64,000 bases of DNA, from positions 93,997 to 157,996 of the forward strand of contig RDOA01000001.1 in assembly GCA_011364925.1 (NCBI GenBank), in the 5' to 3' direction. Position numbers and translations under genes: made by a program. The DNA comes from Promethearchaeota archaeon (lineage in GTDB: Archaea > Asgardarchaeota > Lokiarchaeia > Sigyniarchaeales > SOKP01). Under the pieces are notes generated by a model that did not search any database, was not told the DNA's origin, and worked only from the letters and a program-made list of their open reading frames with translations. Positions 32,201 through 39,428 of this stretch are shown here, in pieces (positions within the stretch are counted from its first letter, which is position 1; every line of letters begins with the position of its first letter).

Positions 32201-32824
32201 GTATTTCTTGATGATTCCATTTGGAATAGTTTGAGCGATGGTGCTTTTACAATTGAATTTTTTGCGAACGATACTATGGGGAATCTTAATAGTTTAAGAC
32301 ATTTAGATCTTTCCAAAGACACAACTGGTCCTACTATAGAAGTAATTAGACCTACTGAGAATCAGAGAGTTGGTCGAAGCGCTCCTTACATTGAAGTTCA
32401 AATCAGTGATATAAACGGGATGGATAGTTCTTGGTATAGGCTTATTGGATATGGCAATAACACACTTTTTAATGGACCGATTGATAGAGTGGATGTGTCG
32501 TTATGGGAAAATCTTTGGGACTCGCTCCCTGATGGTTCCGCAGTTACAATACGATTCATCTCAAATGATACTCTTGGAAATGTTGCCTTTATTGATGTGG
32601 ACTTGATTATTAATAAACCTGCACTCCCACCAAGAATATTCCAATATCCCTTGGGATTTTTAATTCCCACTTTAGGATTAGTGGCGTTGATTCCTTTTAC
32701 TGTGAAATTGACTAAGACACGATATTACAAATCGTTAAATAACAAGGATAGAAGAAAGTTAAGAAATGCTTTAATAGCTGCAGGATTCTTTCTATCCTTA
32801 CTAGCGGTATATTTTGTCTTTTAG
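23249..32824 (+). CDS. Giant (~3,190 aa) cell-surface glycoprotein built from tandem ~92-aa Ig-like repeats; N-terminal signal/TM and two C-terminal TM helices
   Basis: The track ORF is 23387..32824, but the frame is open upstream to the stop at 23222 and encodes IKKYRYFRFK...KKRLALTFIVSLVCIVIVSSFFSY. Repeats contain WYTLDGG.NNYT and ITFYVNDS.GN. The start position is uncertain. Confidence 0.8.
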   Translation: MKKYRYFRFKSSSIPTKKRLALTFIVSLVCIVIVSSFFSYNNSTNILNNMNNNRRIEYKSPNISVPPTFDLDYPLNYSLYGKLAPNYSLSKIKTGNYTWYEFLDISTNSTPVELEGTVNENFIGTFNQSMWDSLSNGTATIRFYVNNSLGEISFLDAIIRIDITDPSIDSIDSPSPGTWFSATPPSYSLSITEKNLDTIWYTLDEGTNNYTGATSGTIDSTAWTNAGDGAVTITFYVNDSVGNWASSSVGVNKDSLDPIIDSIDSPLSGAWYSSAPPSYSLSITEANLDSIWYTLDGGSNNYTGATSGTIDSTAWTNAGDGLVTIMFYVNDSVGNIDFASVGINKDTLDPSIDSIDSPLSGAWFNSAPPDYSLSITETNLDSIWYTLDGGTNNFTGATSGTIDSTAWTNAGDGAVTITFYVNDSLGNWDTASVIVNKDTLDPSIDSIDSPSSGAWFDNNPPSYSLSITEPNLDSIWHTLDGGSNNYTGGASGTIDSTAWINAGDGAVTITFYVNDSVGNLDKASVIVNKDTLDPSIDSIDSPISGAWFSSVPPSYSLSITEANLDSIWYTLDGGSNNYTGAMSGTIDSTAWTNAGDGAVTITFYVNDSVGNIDFASVAVNKDTVDPSIDNIDSPLSGAWFAGTPPSYTLSITETNLNSIWYTLDGGVNNYTGATSGTIDSTAWTNMGDGAVTITFYVNDSAGNLNFASVIINKDSVNPSIDSINSPSSGAWFNNNPPSYSLSITETNLDSIWYTLDGGANNYTGATSGTIYSTAWTNVGNGAVTITFYVNDSAGNWASSSVVINKDSIDPSIDSIDSPSSGAWFGSNPPSYSLSITETNLDSIWYTLDGGTNNYTGGASGTIDSTAWTNAGDGLVTITFYVNDSAGNIDFASVAVNKDTLDPSIDSIDSPSPGVWFSGTPPSYSLSITETNLDSIWYTLDGGINNYTGGSSGIIDSTAWTNAGDSLVTIIFYVNDSAGNIDFASVAVNKDTLDPSIDSIDSPSSGAWFGSDPPSYSLSITEANLDSIWYTLDGGTNNYTGTTSGTIDSTAWTNAGEGAVTITFYVNDSVGNLDTASVVVNKDSVNPSIDSIDSPSSGAWISNTPPTYSLSITETNLDEIWYTLDDGINNYTGAVSGTIDSTAWTNAGDGLVTIIFYVNDSTGNIAFASVGVNKDTLDPSIDSIDSPSSGAWFSSNPPSYSLSITETNLDSIWYTLDDGANNYTGGLSGIIDSTAWTNAGDGLVTIIFYVNDSAGNWASSSVVINKDSIDPSIDSIDSPSSGAWFGSNPPSYSLSITEANLDSIWYTLDGGANNYTGAISGTIDSTAWSIASQGAVTITFYVNDSAGNLNFASVIINKDSVDPSIDSIDSPLPGVWFSSTSPSYSLSITETNLDSIWYTLDDGANNYTGTTSGTIDSTAWTNAGQGSVTITFFVNDSAGNWVSSSVVINKDSVDPSIDSIDSPSSGVWFSSSPPSYSLSITETNLDTIWYTLDGGTNNYTGAASGTINSTAWANAGQGTITITFYVNDSAGNWASSSVIINKDSVDPSIDSIDSPLLGMWFSSTPPSYSLSITETNLDSIWYTLDGGTTNYTGTTSGTIDSTEWSNAGQGAVTITFYVNDSAGNWASSSVVINKDSVVPSIDSIDSPSPSEWFSSSPPSYSLSITETNLDSIWYTLDGGINNYTGAVSGTIDSTAWSNAGQGPVTIIFYVNDSAGNLAYSSVGINKDSIDPSINSINSPSSGAWFSDTPPGYSLSITEANLDSIWYTLDGGLNNYAGAASGTIDLTAWTNAGQGAVTITFYVNDSASNLDSASVIVNKDTLPPILVLNTPMNNTYVNNAPPINITVYDNFATLTYTVLGYSPLSLTNHTAVTLNPAIWSSLSQGVFYVVISGFDLLGQSSNLTITLYKDTIAPIISITSPVNNTYSNVPPYLNVNAVDPNLDTIWYSVNNVNITLQNNTLQELNSSIWASLQDEGQYEVKIYANDTFGHLNDLYTLNLYKDIIYPTLIINSPLNNSYYKLEPIINVVVSDPYFDSLWYRVGSQNIPLTNDTNQQLTTSIWNNLPEEGSFIIYFYANDSAGNLNDLFSLTLNKDVRNPEVIIINPNSNDLFGEPSPEFQISINELNLNKTWYMLYNNSWSSLNYTFSGLTGVINQLAWDAFKNTDVTIRFYANDTLNNLGYTEVTIRKNIIAPIMTIVDPQDNDLFGIEAPNITIYKAGIELNTTWYTLDGGLTNFTFSGLSVVVNQDAWNNYGFSDVIITFYVNDSLGRIGFDQIILKKDPNPPQILITFINPSTNNSYCATEPTFRIAAYDPNLVSIWYRVGLTNITFTNNSVLILNDTIWNSLPQGKFTVEIFAVDQLGYLNDSITLTFHKDTLAPKLVINQPEDYTYYDSPPPLNVTVYDPNYLSFSLTYTVVGYLPDAITLENNTEEFLNPAIWNSLPQGEFSVSITARDTFNQRNNTFVLTLYKDTIGPIFESLIPENFSTYNSPPTLLISYSDPNLQTIYYKVGTSPIIPISNGISQDLDSSIWSGLTDVSFTIEFYANDTFGHMSTVVNLTLIKDTTIPLITINSPLNNTYYSTPPTMNLALLDLNPDTIWYTVLGSKVILSGIQPFDNSIWNSLDQGEFQVYIFANDTAGNLNNTLVLTLLKDTKAPLVTVNLPLNNTYWNTRPTINVEAFDPNLNLIQYLVAGGYVTLQNGNDSTLVPILWNLLGEGEFTLQIFASDTFSQTNSSVILTLYKDTILPNIDIISPQPNDFFGENAPFVSIDVTDTNLEEIWYRLSNGTVVTNNYPWTGSIDQSVWDQVGNGTVTIRIYANDTARNVQFEEVVVRKNIYAPIISINYLDNHSPYDNELFGITAPYFDIYTSGSELQLTWYTINNGITNFTFTGLSGSINQSAWDDFESGTVHTITLTFYVNDSLGKIGFDEIIIRKDIDIPTVVINSPVDQTPFASSPLLDLTVTDPNLHKVWYSVNGETRDITNNLTVFLDDSIWNSLSDGAFTIEFFANDTMGNLNSLRHLDLSKDTTGPTIEVIRPTENQRVGRSAPYIEVQISDINGMDSSWYRLIGYGNNTLFNGPIDRVDVSLWENLWDSLPDGSAVTIRFISNDTLGNVAFIDVDLIINKPALPPRIFQYPLGFLIPTLGLVALIPFTVKLTKTRYYKSLNNKDRRKLRNALIAAGFFLSLLAVYFVF
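23732..28699 (+). repeat. 18 tandem copies of a 276-bp (92-aa) intragenic repeat
   Basis: GAT of D(I/S/T)xDP recurs every 276 bp from 23732 to 28700 (4968 = 18 x 276). More divergent copies continue to about 32600. Confidence 0.92.
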
Positions 32825-32836
32825 AATTATAATTTT

Positions 32837-33814
32837 TTATTTTTTCTGTTTTGAGTGTTCTAATATTAGTTTTAATTCGTAAAAATCCAATTTCTTTCCT
32901 AATTTCTGCTTTTCAAGGGCAATTGCTAATTTTTCTTTCGTGTATTTCTTCTGTGTTCTTTTTCTTTCAACAATATACTTAGTCTTTAGCTTTTTAACTT
33001 CTTCTTCCTTTTTTTTTTTTCTATAAATGTTCATCTGTTCTTGAAAGGCTTGTTTTTGGCTCTTGTCTTTTAGTTTGTAGAACAGTTCAAGATTTTTCTC
33101 GTTGGTTTGCTTTGCTCCAAATAGTTCGGATTCAATTTGTTTTTTAATATTTTCAAACGCTTTCGCTTTCCGATACAGGTTAAGCATTTGTTTATGGGTT
33201 TTTACTTTTCTTTTAGACCACTTATTTAATTTTGTATTTATAGTTTTAAGATTAACTTCAAGGATTTCAATAGTTCTCATAGTTTTAAAATAGATATTAT
33301 TCTGTATTTCGTTATTTAAGTCTCCTTCGAGTTTCTTTAAATGTCTAAGATTTATTTGTTTATCGCGATCTAAATTCTGAATTTCTTCAACAATATAACT
33401 TTCTTCGTCTAGATCTAAATTCTGTTCCTCAATTTCATTATTTAGATCATAAATTTTAAGTTCAATCTCTTCTAAAGAACTTTTAATATGGTGGATGGAA
33501 GATGTAAGCTCATCTTTGATTTTAGGTTTGTTAACCTTTTTCTTCTCTTCATAAGCGTATTCTAACACTCTTTTAAATTCAATATCTTTACGTTTTAAAT
33601 CTTTAATCTTTCTTTTATAATAACGGCGTCTTTTATCGTAAAACTCTTTTGCTGCAAATAGTGCTTTCACGATTTCAGAATCAATATTTCGGAAGCTTCT
33701 AATGTAGTTTTCAAGTTCTTTATTAGCTAGATTTCTTTTTAAAGTAAAGTTAATTATATTTTTTTGCCAATTATAGAAGTAACGACTAAAATCATCGAAT
33801 TTATGATCAGGCAT
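32837..33814 (-). CDS. Archaeal long coiled-coil protein (COG1340-like)
   Basis: Continuous heptads; LDLDEESYIVEEI; C-terminal EK..LGKKLDFYELKLIL. Confidence 0.65.
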   Translation of the reverse strand: MPDHKFDDFSRYFYNWQKNIINFTLKRNLANKELENYIRSFRNIDSEIVKALFAAKEFYDKRRRYYKRKIKDLKRKDIEFKRVLEYAYEEKKKVNKPKIKDELTSSIHHIKSSLEEIELKIYDLNNEIEEQNLDLDEESYIVEEIQNLDRDKQINLRHLKKLEGDLNNEIQNNIYFKTMRTIEILEVNLKTINTKLNKWSKRKVKTHKQMLNLYRKAKAFENIKKQIESELFGAKQTNEKNLELFYKLKDKSQKQAFQEQMNIYRKKKKEEEVKKLKTKYIVERKRTQKKYTKEKLAIALEKQKLGKKLDFYELKLILEHSKQKK

Positions 33815-33928
33815 TCATCCTAAAGTACAGATATAGTTAAATAATCCTTAATTATTAGATATAGTGTTTTTCTAATCATTAAAGGTTTACTTTACTAATT
33901 AAGAATAATTAGAAATGAATTAAAATAT

Positions 33929-33956
33929 AAAAAAAAGATGGCAAGAAAGCTTGCCA
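33929..33956 (-). terminator. Hairpin plus U-tract terminator after the 33966..34772 gene
   Basis: TGGCAAG-AAAG-CTTGCCA (33939-33956), followed on the minus strand by TC and a run of T. Confidence 0.6.
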
Positions 33957-33965
33957 AGCAAACAG

Positions 33966-34772
33966 TTATTCCAACTGTAAGTTTTTACTGGCGATGTTAA
34001 CTATCGGGAGTTTAGGATTCTGGGACATAGCTTTATGTGCCAGTATTACCATGAACTTTTGTGTGTCTAAATGACAACCTTCCCATTGTGAAGCAAAACA
34101 AACGTCAACCTCTTTACCTAGAGTGACATCTTGATTCATACCTTCTGGTAGATGGTTACTATCGAGACAAATTGGCTCGCATACGTAGAACGTGATTAAA
34201 TATTCAACTGTGCAAGGACAGTCGTCTAAAACTACTTCTTCAAAGTGAGCAAAAATAACACCCTCGAAGCATTCATCTCCTTTTAATTGGTTAAGGTAGA
34301 TTGCTCCCCATTTGGGTGAATACCCGCCGGTGCTAACGACGGTCATATAATATGGAGCTAAGTATTCATTATCTATGCATAATGGAAGAGGACCTGATGG
34401 AAGATAAGTTCTACTTTCATCAATTTCTAAGGTTCCTGGAACGGTGTCAAAGCGACCCACAAAGCCACTTTCTGGTACTGACACGTCACCTCCTCCCATA
34501 CTTGCTTCGTCCATAATTTCGCTGATTCCACCTTCAGAATCCTGCGGATCTGAAGAAATCTGCGAAATTTTATCCTCAAAGGATTTTTCTGGAATATATG
34601 GCAAATCAAAAGTATCCTCTTGAGAGCCATCCAAAGCAATAATCAAAACTCCCAGCACAGATAACCCAAGGGAAACAGATAAGGTAATAATTAGAATCCC
34701 CATAACAGTATTAGAATAACTGCCATTGGTCTCTTTAAAGAGACATGGTTTAGTGCTTTGAAACATCACCAA
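33966..34772 (-). CDS. Hypothetical N-terminally membrane-anchored, Cys-rich acidic protein
   Basis: TM VMGILIITLSVSLGLSVLGVLIIAL, acidic linker, and a domain with multiple Cys. Confidence 0.6.
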   Translation of the reverse strand: MVMFQSTKPCLFKETNGSYSNTVMGILIITLSVSLGLSVLGVLIIALDGSQEDTFDLPYIPEKSFEDKISQISSDPQDSEGGISEIMDEASMGGGDVSVPESGFVGRFDTVPGTLEIDESRTYLPSGPLPLCIDNEYLAPYYMTVVSTGGYSPKWGAIYLNQLKGDECFEGVIFAHFEEVVLDDCPCTVEYLITFYVCEPICLDSNHLPEGMNQDVTLGKEVDVCFASQWEGCHLDTQKFMVILAHKAMSQNPKLPIVNIASKNLQLE

Positions 34773-34873
34773 TTATTATTAGCACGTATCTAATATATAA
34801 ATATTATGGTCTTAAAAAAACACACAAAACCAATCTGGGCCGTGTTTTTGCATAATTTTTCAGTTTTGTTATC

Positions 34874-35371
34874 TTAAAAAAAAAACCCTAATTCCGTTTT
34901 TGGCATTTTCTTTTTGGTGCAATATTCATCTAATAGCTGATTGCTAAACAAAAAACAGTAAAATACTTTTTGGATTAGTTTAAATAGGGACTTTTTTGAG
35001 ATAAAGTTTTCTTTATCAGGGAAAATTTGCTCGTGTATCTCGATTATGTCTTCTTTATAATCAAACTTAAAATAAACTTCCTTAATAAGTAGGTATTTTC
35101 TTAAACCGTTTAAAAATTGAAGTTTCCTATTGTCTTTAAAAGAATCTAAAGTTCTAATCTTTTCTTTTGATATTTTAAATCTAATAGTGATAAAGATACC
35201 GTTCATATTCTTTGGTTTATAAACGCTCAAGTTTTCGATTTTTGATCCTGGTTGAAATGATATAACAAATCCAAAATCAAATTTTTCGCTAATAATCTTG
35301 TCTTTAAACACACCTTCCTCTAATAAATACCCATGTATTAGTTTCTCAATGGTAGCGTTCTTATTTGGCAT
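34874..35371 (-). CDS. DUF2299-like archaeal protein
   Basis: I..YLLEEG.......FDFGF...F..G; IHEQIFPD...ISK..LF..I.KV. Likely ATG at 35371. Confidence 0.6.
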   Translation of the reverse strand: MPNKNATIEKLIHGYLLEEGVFKDKIISEKFDFGFVISFQPGSKIENLSVYKPKNMNGIFITIRFKISKEKIRTLDSFKDNRKLQFLNGLRKYLLIKEVYFKFDYKEDIIEIHEQIFPDKENFISKKSLFKLIQKVFYCFLFSNQLLDEYCTKKKMPKTELGFFF

Positions 35372-35623
35372 AGTAGAGACTTTAATCAAATAAATGGATA
35401 TGTTTAAGAATATTTTTTTATCTTTATTAATGTTTAGATAAATGATTTCTAAATATTTCAATAGTCCTTAAGTTTTTCATAAGTTGTTATCAGCTCATTC
35501 ATCTTTTGTTATAACAAATTATATTATCTTTATTCCAAAATAGGATGGATGATTTGATTAAGTTTAAAATAAACTATTGAATAAGTATTATATAGGTATT
35601 GAAGTCAATATTATGTGATTAAT

Positions 35624-37606
35624 ATGCATTCGATTATGCAAATTGCTAATGGTATAGGTATCATTAATGTAGAAAGGCTGAGAAAGAATGGTATAGACTC
35701 GATAGAAAAACTCGCATCTTCAACTGTTGAGGATATCCTTAAAATTGATGGCATTGGAGTTAACAACGCCAGGATGTTCATCGAAATTGCAAAGAAGCAC
35801 TTGAAGAGTATGAGGACGAGAGAGAGAATTCAAAGTATGATTAGACAAGAAAAACCTCCAGAAGTTTCAAAGGTAGAAACAAAAGCTTGTGATCTAATGC
35901 TTTTCGGTTCTAGTCGGCATAAAGTTTCTCTGGATTCAATAAAAAAGCTCGCCTCTGCTGATGAGGAAGATATCTCTCGATTGAAAGGAATTGAAATTTC
36001 GAATGCGAAACGTTATATTGACATTGCAAAAAAATATCTTGAGAGCATGCGAGTAAAAGAGCAAGAAGCAGATACCGTTGAGATTGAATTTGAACCACTT
36101 GAAGTAAAAAGCGAAATTAAAATTCCAAAAGACTCAACAAAAGCATCAAAACTGGAAAAAGTATCTGTAAAGCAAAAATTTACTTTAAAAGACCAAGCGA
36201 TTGCTCTTAAATCACCCACTTCAGTGAAACAGGCAACTCAAATAGCGTCAACAACCAGAGCTCGCAATGGAATTGATATAAAATCAGGTCAGAAAAAAGA
36301 ACCAATCAGTCCATCAGTGCTCAAAACATTCTTCCCTCTAGAACAAATGCAGAGAATTCGCTTTCTGCACTACAAAATTAAAGGTTTAGAGGACGCTTTA
36401 TGGAAGAATAGAGAATTTTCTTTTTCAGAGTTAAATTTTGTTCTGGAATATATTAAAATATTAAATATAAATTACAAAACTCAAAGCCAAATCAAAATTC
36501 TTAAAGAACTTGAAATCTCTAATACTTTTTACGATCCTATAGACAAGAAAGAGATTAAAATATGGGATTTAATCTTTGAGTGTGCACGTGTGTTATGGGT
36601 TTCTGCACAGGCCTATTCTTATCTCTCCCGAAAATACGAAACAGAGAAAAAAATGGAGAACGCAATCGTTTCTATGGTAGAATGTAGCAAAATGTATAAA
36701 ACTGCCGCATATTTTAGCGCTGCGTGCACTAGACAAGAAGAACGGGGATTAACATTGTCGGTCGAGAATCTAGAATTAAATTCTGAGGAAGCTCGAATCC
36801 TAGCTCAATCTCTTGCCACCACGAGCGAAGAAAATAAAGGAAATTACTCAATGGCGGCAAATCTATCAGCTGGTTTGAGTGCATTAACCAAACGCTTAGC
36901 TTTCGTTAAAAGAAGCGATATGATCATGGAAAATCAGTTTAAAGCTCAGTTTCAGTACGACATAGGACGAGCGTGCCACCTAAAAGCTAAATCTTACTTA
37001 ATTTTAGCTCCTGAAGAACGGAACGAAGAAACAATAGAAAATTTGCAGAAGAAAGCAAACTTTTATTATCACCAAGCTGAAGATTTATGGGAAAAAATGG
37101 TTGAAGGAACCTTAACTCCAGTTGAAAAAGACTGCTTAAAAAACAACCTAGAAATTGTAAACGAATATATTATAGAAAATGACGTTGAAATGATTGATGA
37201 AAGCGAGGCGTTAACAATCCAAGATCCGGAACCACTTATAATTGTTCCCGAAAATCTTGCGCCGTTCATTCCGAGAACGACTAATTACCTAACTAGATAT
37301 AAACAAACAGATCTTAATTTCGACGCTTATTTACGTTATAAGAATTTAATGTCTGATGTCTTAGTAAATTTCAATAAAATAGAGGAATTGAAAAATAACA
37401 AAGCGGGCATCGGGCGAACTATAAAACAATTAAAAATTCTCTATGAGAATAACGATATAGACATTAATAGTTTTACTGAATTGTTTGAGAAATATTCTAT
37501 AAAACTTGAGACTATAGAAGCTGCAATACAAAATTTAAGAGGCCCTGAAACAAAAAAACAAACCGATAAATTAAAAGCTCCACTTATAGGAAGTACGGCA
37601 CGGTGA
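35624..37606 (+). CDS. Protein with two N-terminal helix-hairpin-helix modules and a large all-alpha C-terminal domain
   Basis: GIG....ERLRKNGIDSIEKLA...EDILKIDGIG and SLDSIKKLASA..EDISRLKGI, both followed by [FY]I.IAKK.L.SMR. Confidence 0.7.
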   Translation: MHSIMQIANGIGIINVERLRKNGIDSIEKLASSTVEDILKIDGIGVNNARMFIEIAKKHLKSMRTRERIQSMIRQEKPPEVSKVETKACDLMLFGSSRHKVSLDSIKKLASADEEDISRLKGIEISNAKRYIDIAKKYLESMRVKEQEADTVEIEFEPLEVKSEIKIPKDSTKASKLEKVSVKQKFTLKDQAIALKSPTSVKQATQIASTTRARNGIDIKSGQKKEPISPSVLKTFFPLEQMQRIRFLHYKIKGLEDALWKNREFSFSELNFVLEYIKILNINYKTQSQIKILKELEISNTFYDPIDKKEIKIWDLIFECARVLWVSAQAYSYLSRKYETEKKMENAIVSMVECSKMYKTAAYFSAACTRQEERGLTLSVENLELNSEEARILAQSLATTSEENKGNYSMAANLSAGLSALTKRLAFVKRSDMIMENQFKAQFQYDIGRACHLKAKSYLILAPEERNEETIENLQKKANFYYHQAEDLWEKMVEGTLTPVEKDCLKNNLEIVNEYIIENDVEMIDESEALTIQDPEPLIIVPENLAPFIPRTTNYLTRYKQTDLNFDAYLRYKNLMSDVLVNFNKIEELKNNKAGIGRTIKQLKILYENNDIDINSFTELFEKYSIKLETIEAAIQNLRGPETKKQTDKLKAPLIGSTAR

Positions 37607-38103
37607 TCTCTATATCGAAATTAATAAGATATGTAAAAACCATCCTATTTTACCTCAGTATAGTAATTATACTAGGATTGTACGTAGTGAATCGAATACT
37701 AGGGTTAATTTTAGCTAGTTTTTTCTTTTTAGCTTATTTCGTAACTTATTTAGCTTCACTTTCTTCCAAACGAAGATTGCTAAAAATAATTAGGCAATAC
37801 CCATTAATTAGCGATACAGAAATTTCTAATCTCCTATCACGCTCTTTAGACAACATTAGAAATACGTTATTCTCTTTAGCTAAAAATCAGAAAAATAGAA
37901 AATGGTTAATAGTGTTTCTGAATAATCGCTATATCTTTCTGAACGAAAAAACTGTAGAAAATTATAAAGAACTTTATCGTATGGGATATAACGAAAAGAA
38001 AATTCTCGAACATTTACAAAGACATACAAGAATCAGATCAAGAGCCGAAGTTAAAGCAATTGAACTCACACTTGCGAGTCAGAATAGGCTTGGCGATCAT
38101 TAA
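37603..38103 (+). CDS. Two-TM membrane protein with a cytoplasmic winged-helix-like domain
   Basis: Two N-terminal TM helices; ISDTEISNLLSRSLDNIRNTL followed by a beta hairpin. GTGA overlap with the upstream gene. Confidence 0.6.
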   Translation: MISISKLIRYVKTILFYLSIVIILGLYVVNRILGLILASFFFLAYFVTYLASLSSKRRLLKIIRQYPLISDTEISNLLSRSLDNIRNTLFSLAKNQKNRKWLIVFLNNRYIFLNEKTVENYKELYRMGYNEKKILEHLQRHTRIRSRAEVKAIELTLASQNRLGDH

Positions 38104-38109
38104 TTGGTG

Positions 38110-39234
38110 CTAATTTAAATCTCTGAATTTTTCTAATAATTTTCTCTGTTCTTCAGAAATATTTTTAGGAATTTCAATAGATACGACCACATATTGATCT
38201 CCCTTACCTTTCCCTCTAAGATATGCAGCACCCCTATTTTTGATTCGAAATTCCGTCCCATGTTGGGTCCCTGGGGGTATCTTTAACTCTTTTTCAGTTA
38301 ACTTTTCGTTTTTATAATCAAGCGTAGGAACTTTGACTTCACCGCCTAATATTGCTGTGACAATATCAAGGTAAACTGGAGTAAATAGATCATTTCCCCG
38401 ACGAATAAAATGTTCGTTTTCCTCAATTTTTATACCTAAATAGAGGTCACCAGGAATAGCGCTACTTGATGGAACGTGTCCTGCGCCTTGAACTTTTAAA
38501 TGAACTCCATTTTCTATACCAGGAGGAATACTCACATGAATCGTCTTCTTTTCCGCGATTACTTTTCTACCGTCGCATGTGCGGCACTTTTTCTCAATAA
38601 TCTTACCCGTAGCATTACAATTATAGCATTCAGATTCCCGGATTATTGTTCCAAATCCGGATTGAGTCATCTTTCTTATTCGCCCTGAACCTTCACATTG
38701 AGGACAAATTTTAATACTTGAGGGATCTTCAGCACCAGTTCCTTCGCAATCGTCGCAAGGAGTGTATCTTTGAATAACAACATCTTTTTTTGTACCAAAC
38801 ATCGCTTCTTCGAATGTTACCTCAATAAAATCCTCGATATCCTGCCCTACTTCTCTGCGTGGAGCTGCCCTCGATCTTCCTCTTGAACCAAAGATACTAC
38901 CAAATCCAAAGTCGTCTCCAAAATTCCCCCCTCCAAAAATCGATCTGATAAGTTCGTCAAAACCAGGAATTCCTCCTCTGAAAATATTGCTCATGTCGAT
39001 ATCTACACCGCTAAATCCATACCTATCGTAATTGCTTCTCTTATTAGCATCGCTCAATACTTCGTAAGCTTCTTGAAGTTCAATGAACTTTTCCTTAGCT
39101 TTAGGATCGGTTTTATTTAAGTCTGGATGTAGTTTCCTTGCTAAGCGTCTATAGGCTAGTTTTATATCGTTTTCACTCGCATCCTTAGCTACTCCCAAAA
39201 CTTCATAGTAATCTCGCTTTTTATTTGTGCTCAT
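38110..39234 (-). CDS. dnaJ: Chaperone DnaJ
   Basis: J-domain with HPD, G/F-rich region, four CxxCxGxG-type repeats, C-terminal IPPGTQHG. Confidence 0.97.
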   Translation of the reverse strand: MSTNKKRDYYEVLGVAKDASENDIKLAYRRLARKLHPDLNKTDPKAKEKFIELQEAYEVLSDANKRSNYDRYGFSGVDIDMSNIFRGGIPGFDELIRSIFGGGNFGDDFGFGSIFGSRGRSRAAPRREVGQDIEDFIEVTFEEAMFGTKKDVVIQRYTPCDDCEGTGAEDPSSIKICPQCEGSGRIRKMTQSGFGTIIRESECYNCNATGKIIEKKCRTCDGRKVIAEKKTIHVSIPPGIENGVHLKVQGAGHVPSSSAIPGDLYLGIKIEENEHFIRRGNDLFTPVYLDIVTAILGGEVKVPTLDYKNEKLTEKELKIPPGTQHGTEFRIKNRGAAYLRGKGKGDQYVVVSIEIPKNISEEQRKLLEKFRDLN

Positions 39235-39428
39235 TATCCAAATGCCACATATTGATCTCTGATTAGTTAAAATTCAATTACCTAGAATTAATTATGAAAT
39301 TTATCTTTTTAGGTAATAGGATATCTACAAAGAAATATATAAATTTCTTATAATTCATTTAAATAAAAAATGCATAATATAAGTAAAAGAAATAAAATGA
39401 GATGATTTCTCACAGGAATATAGATTGA

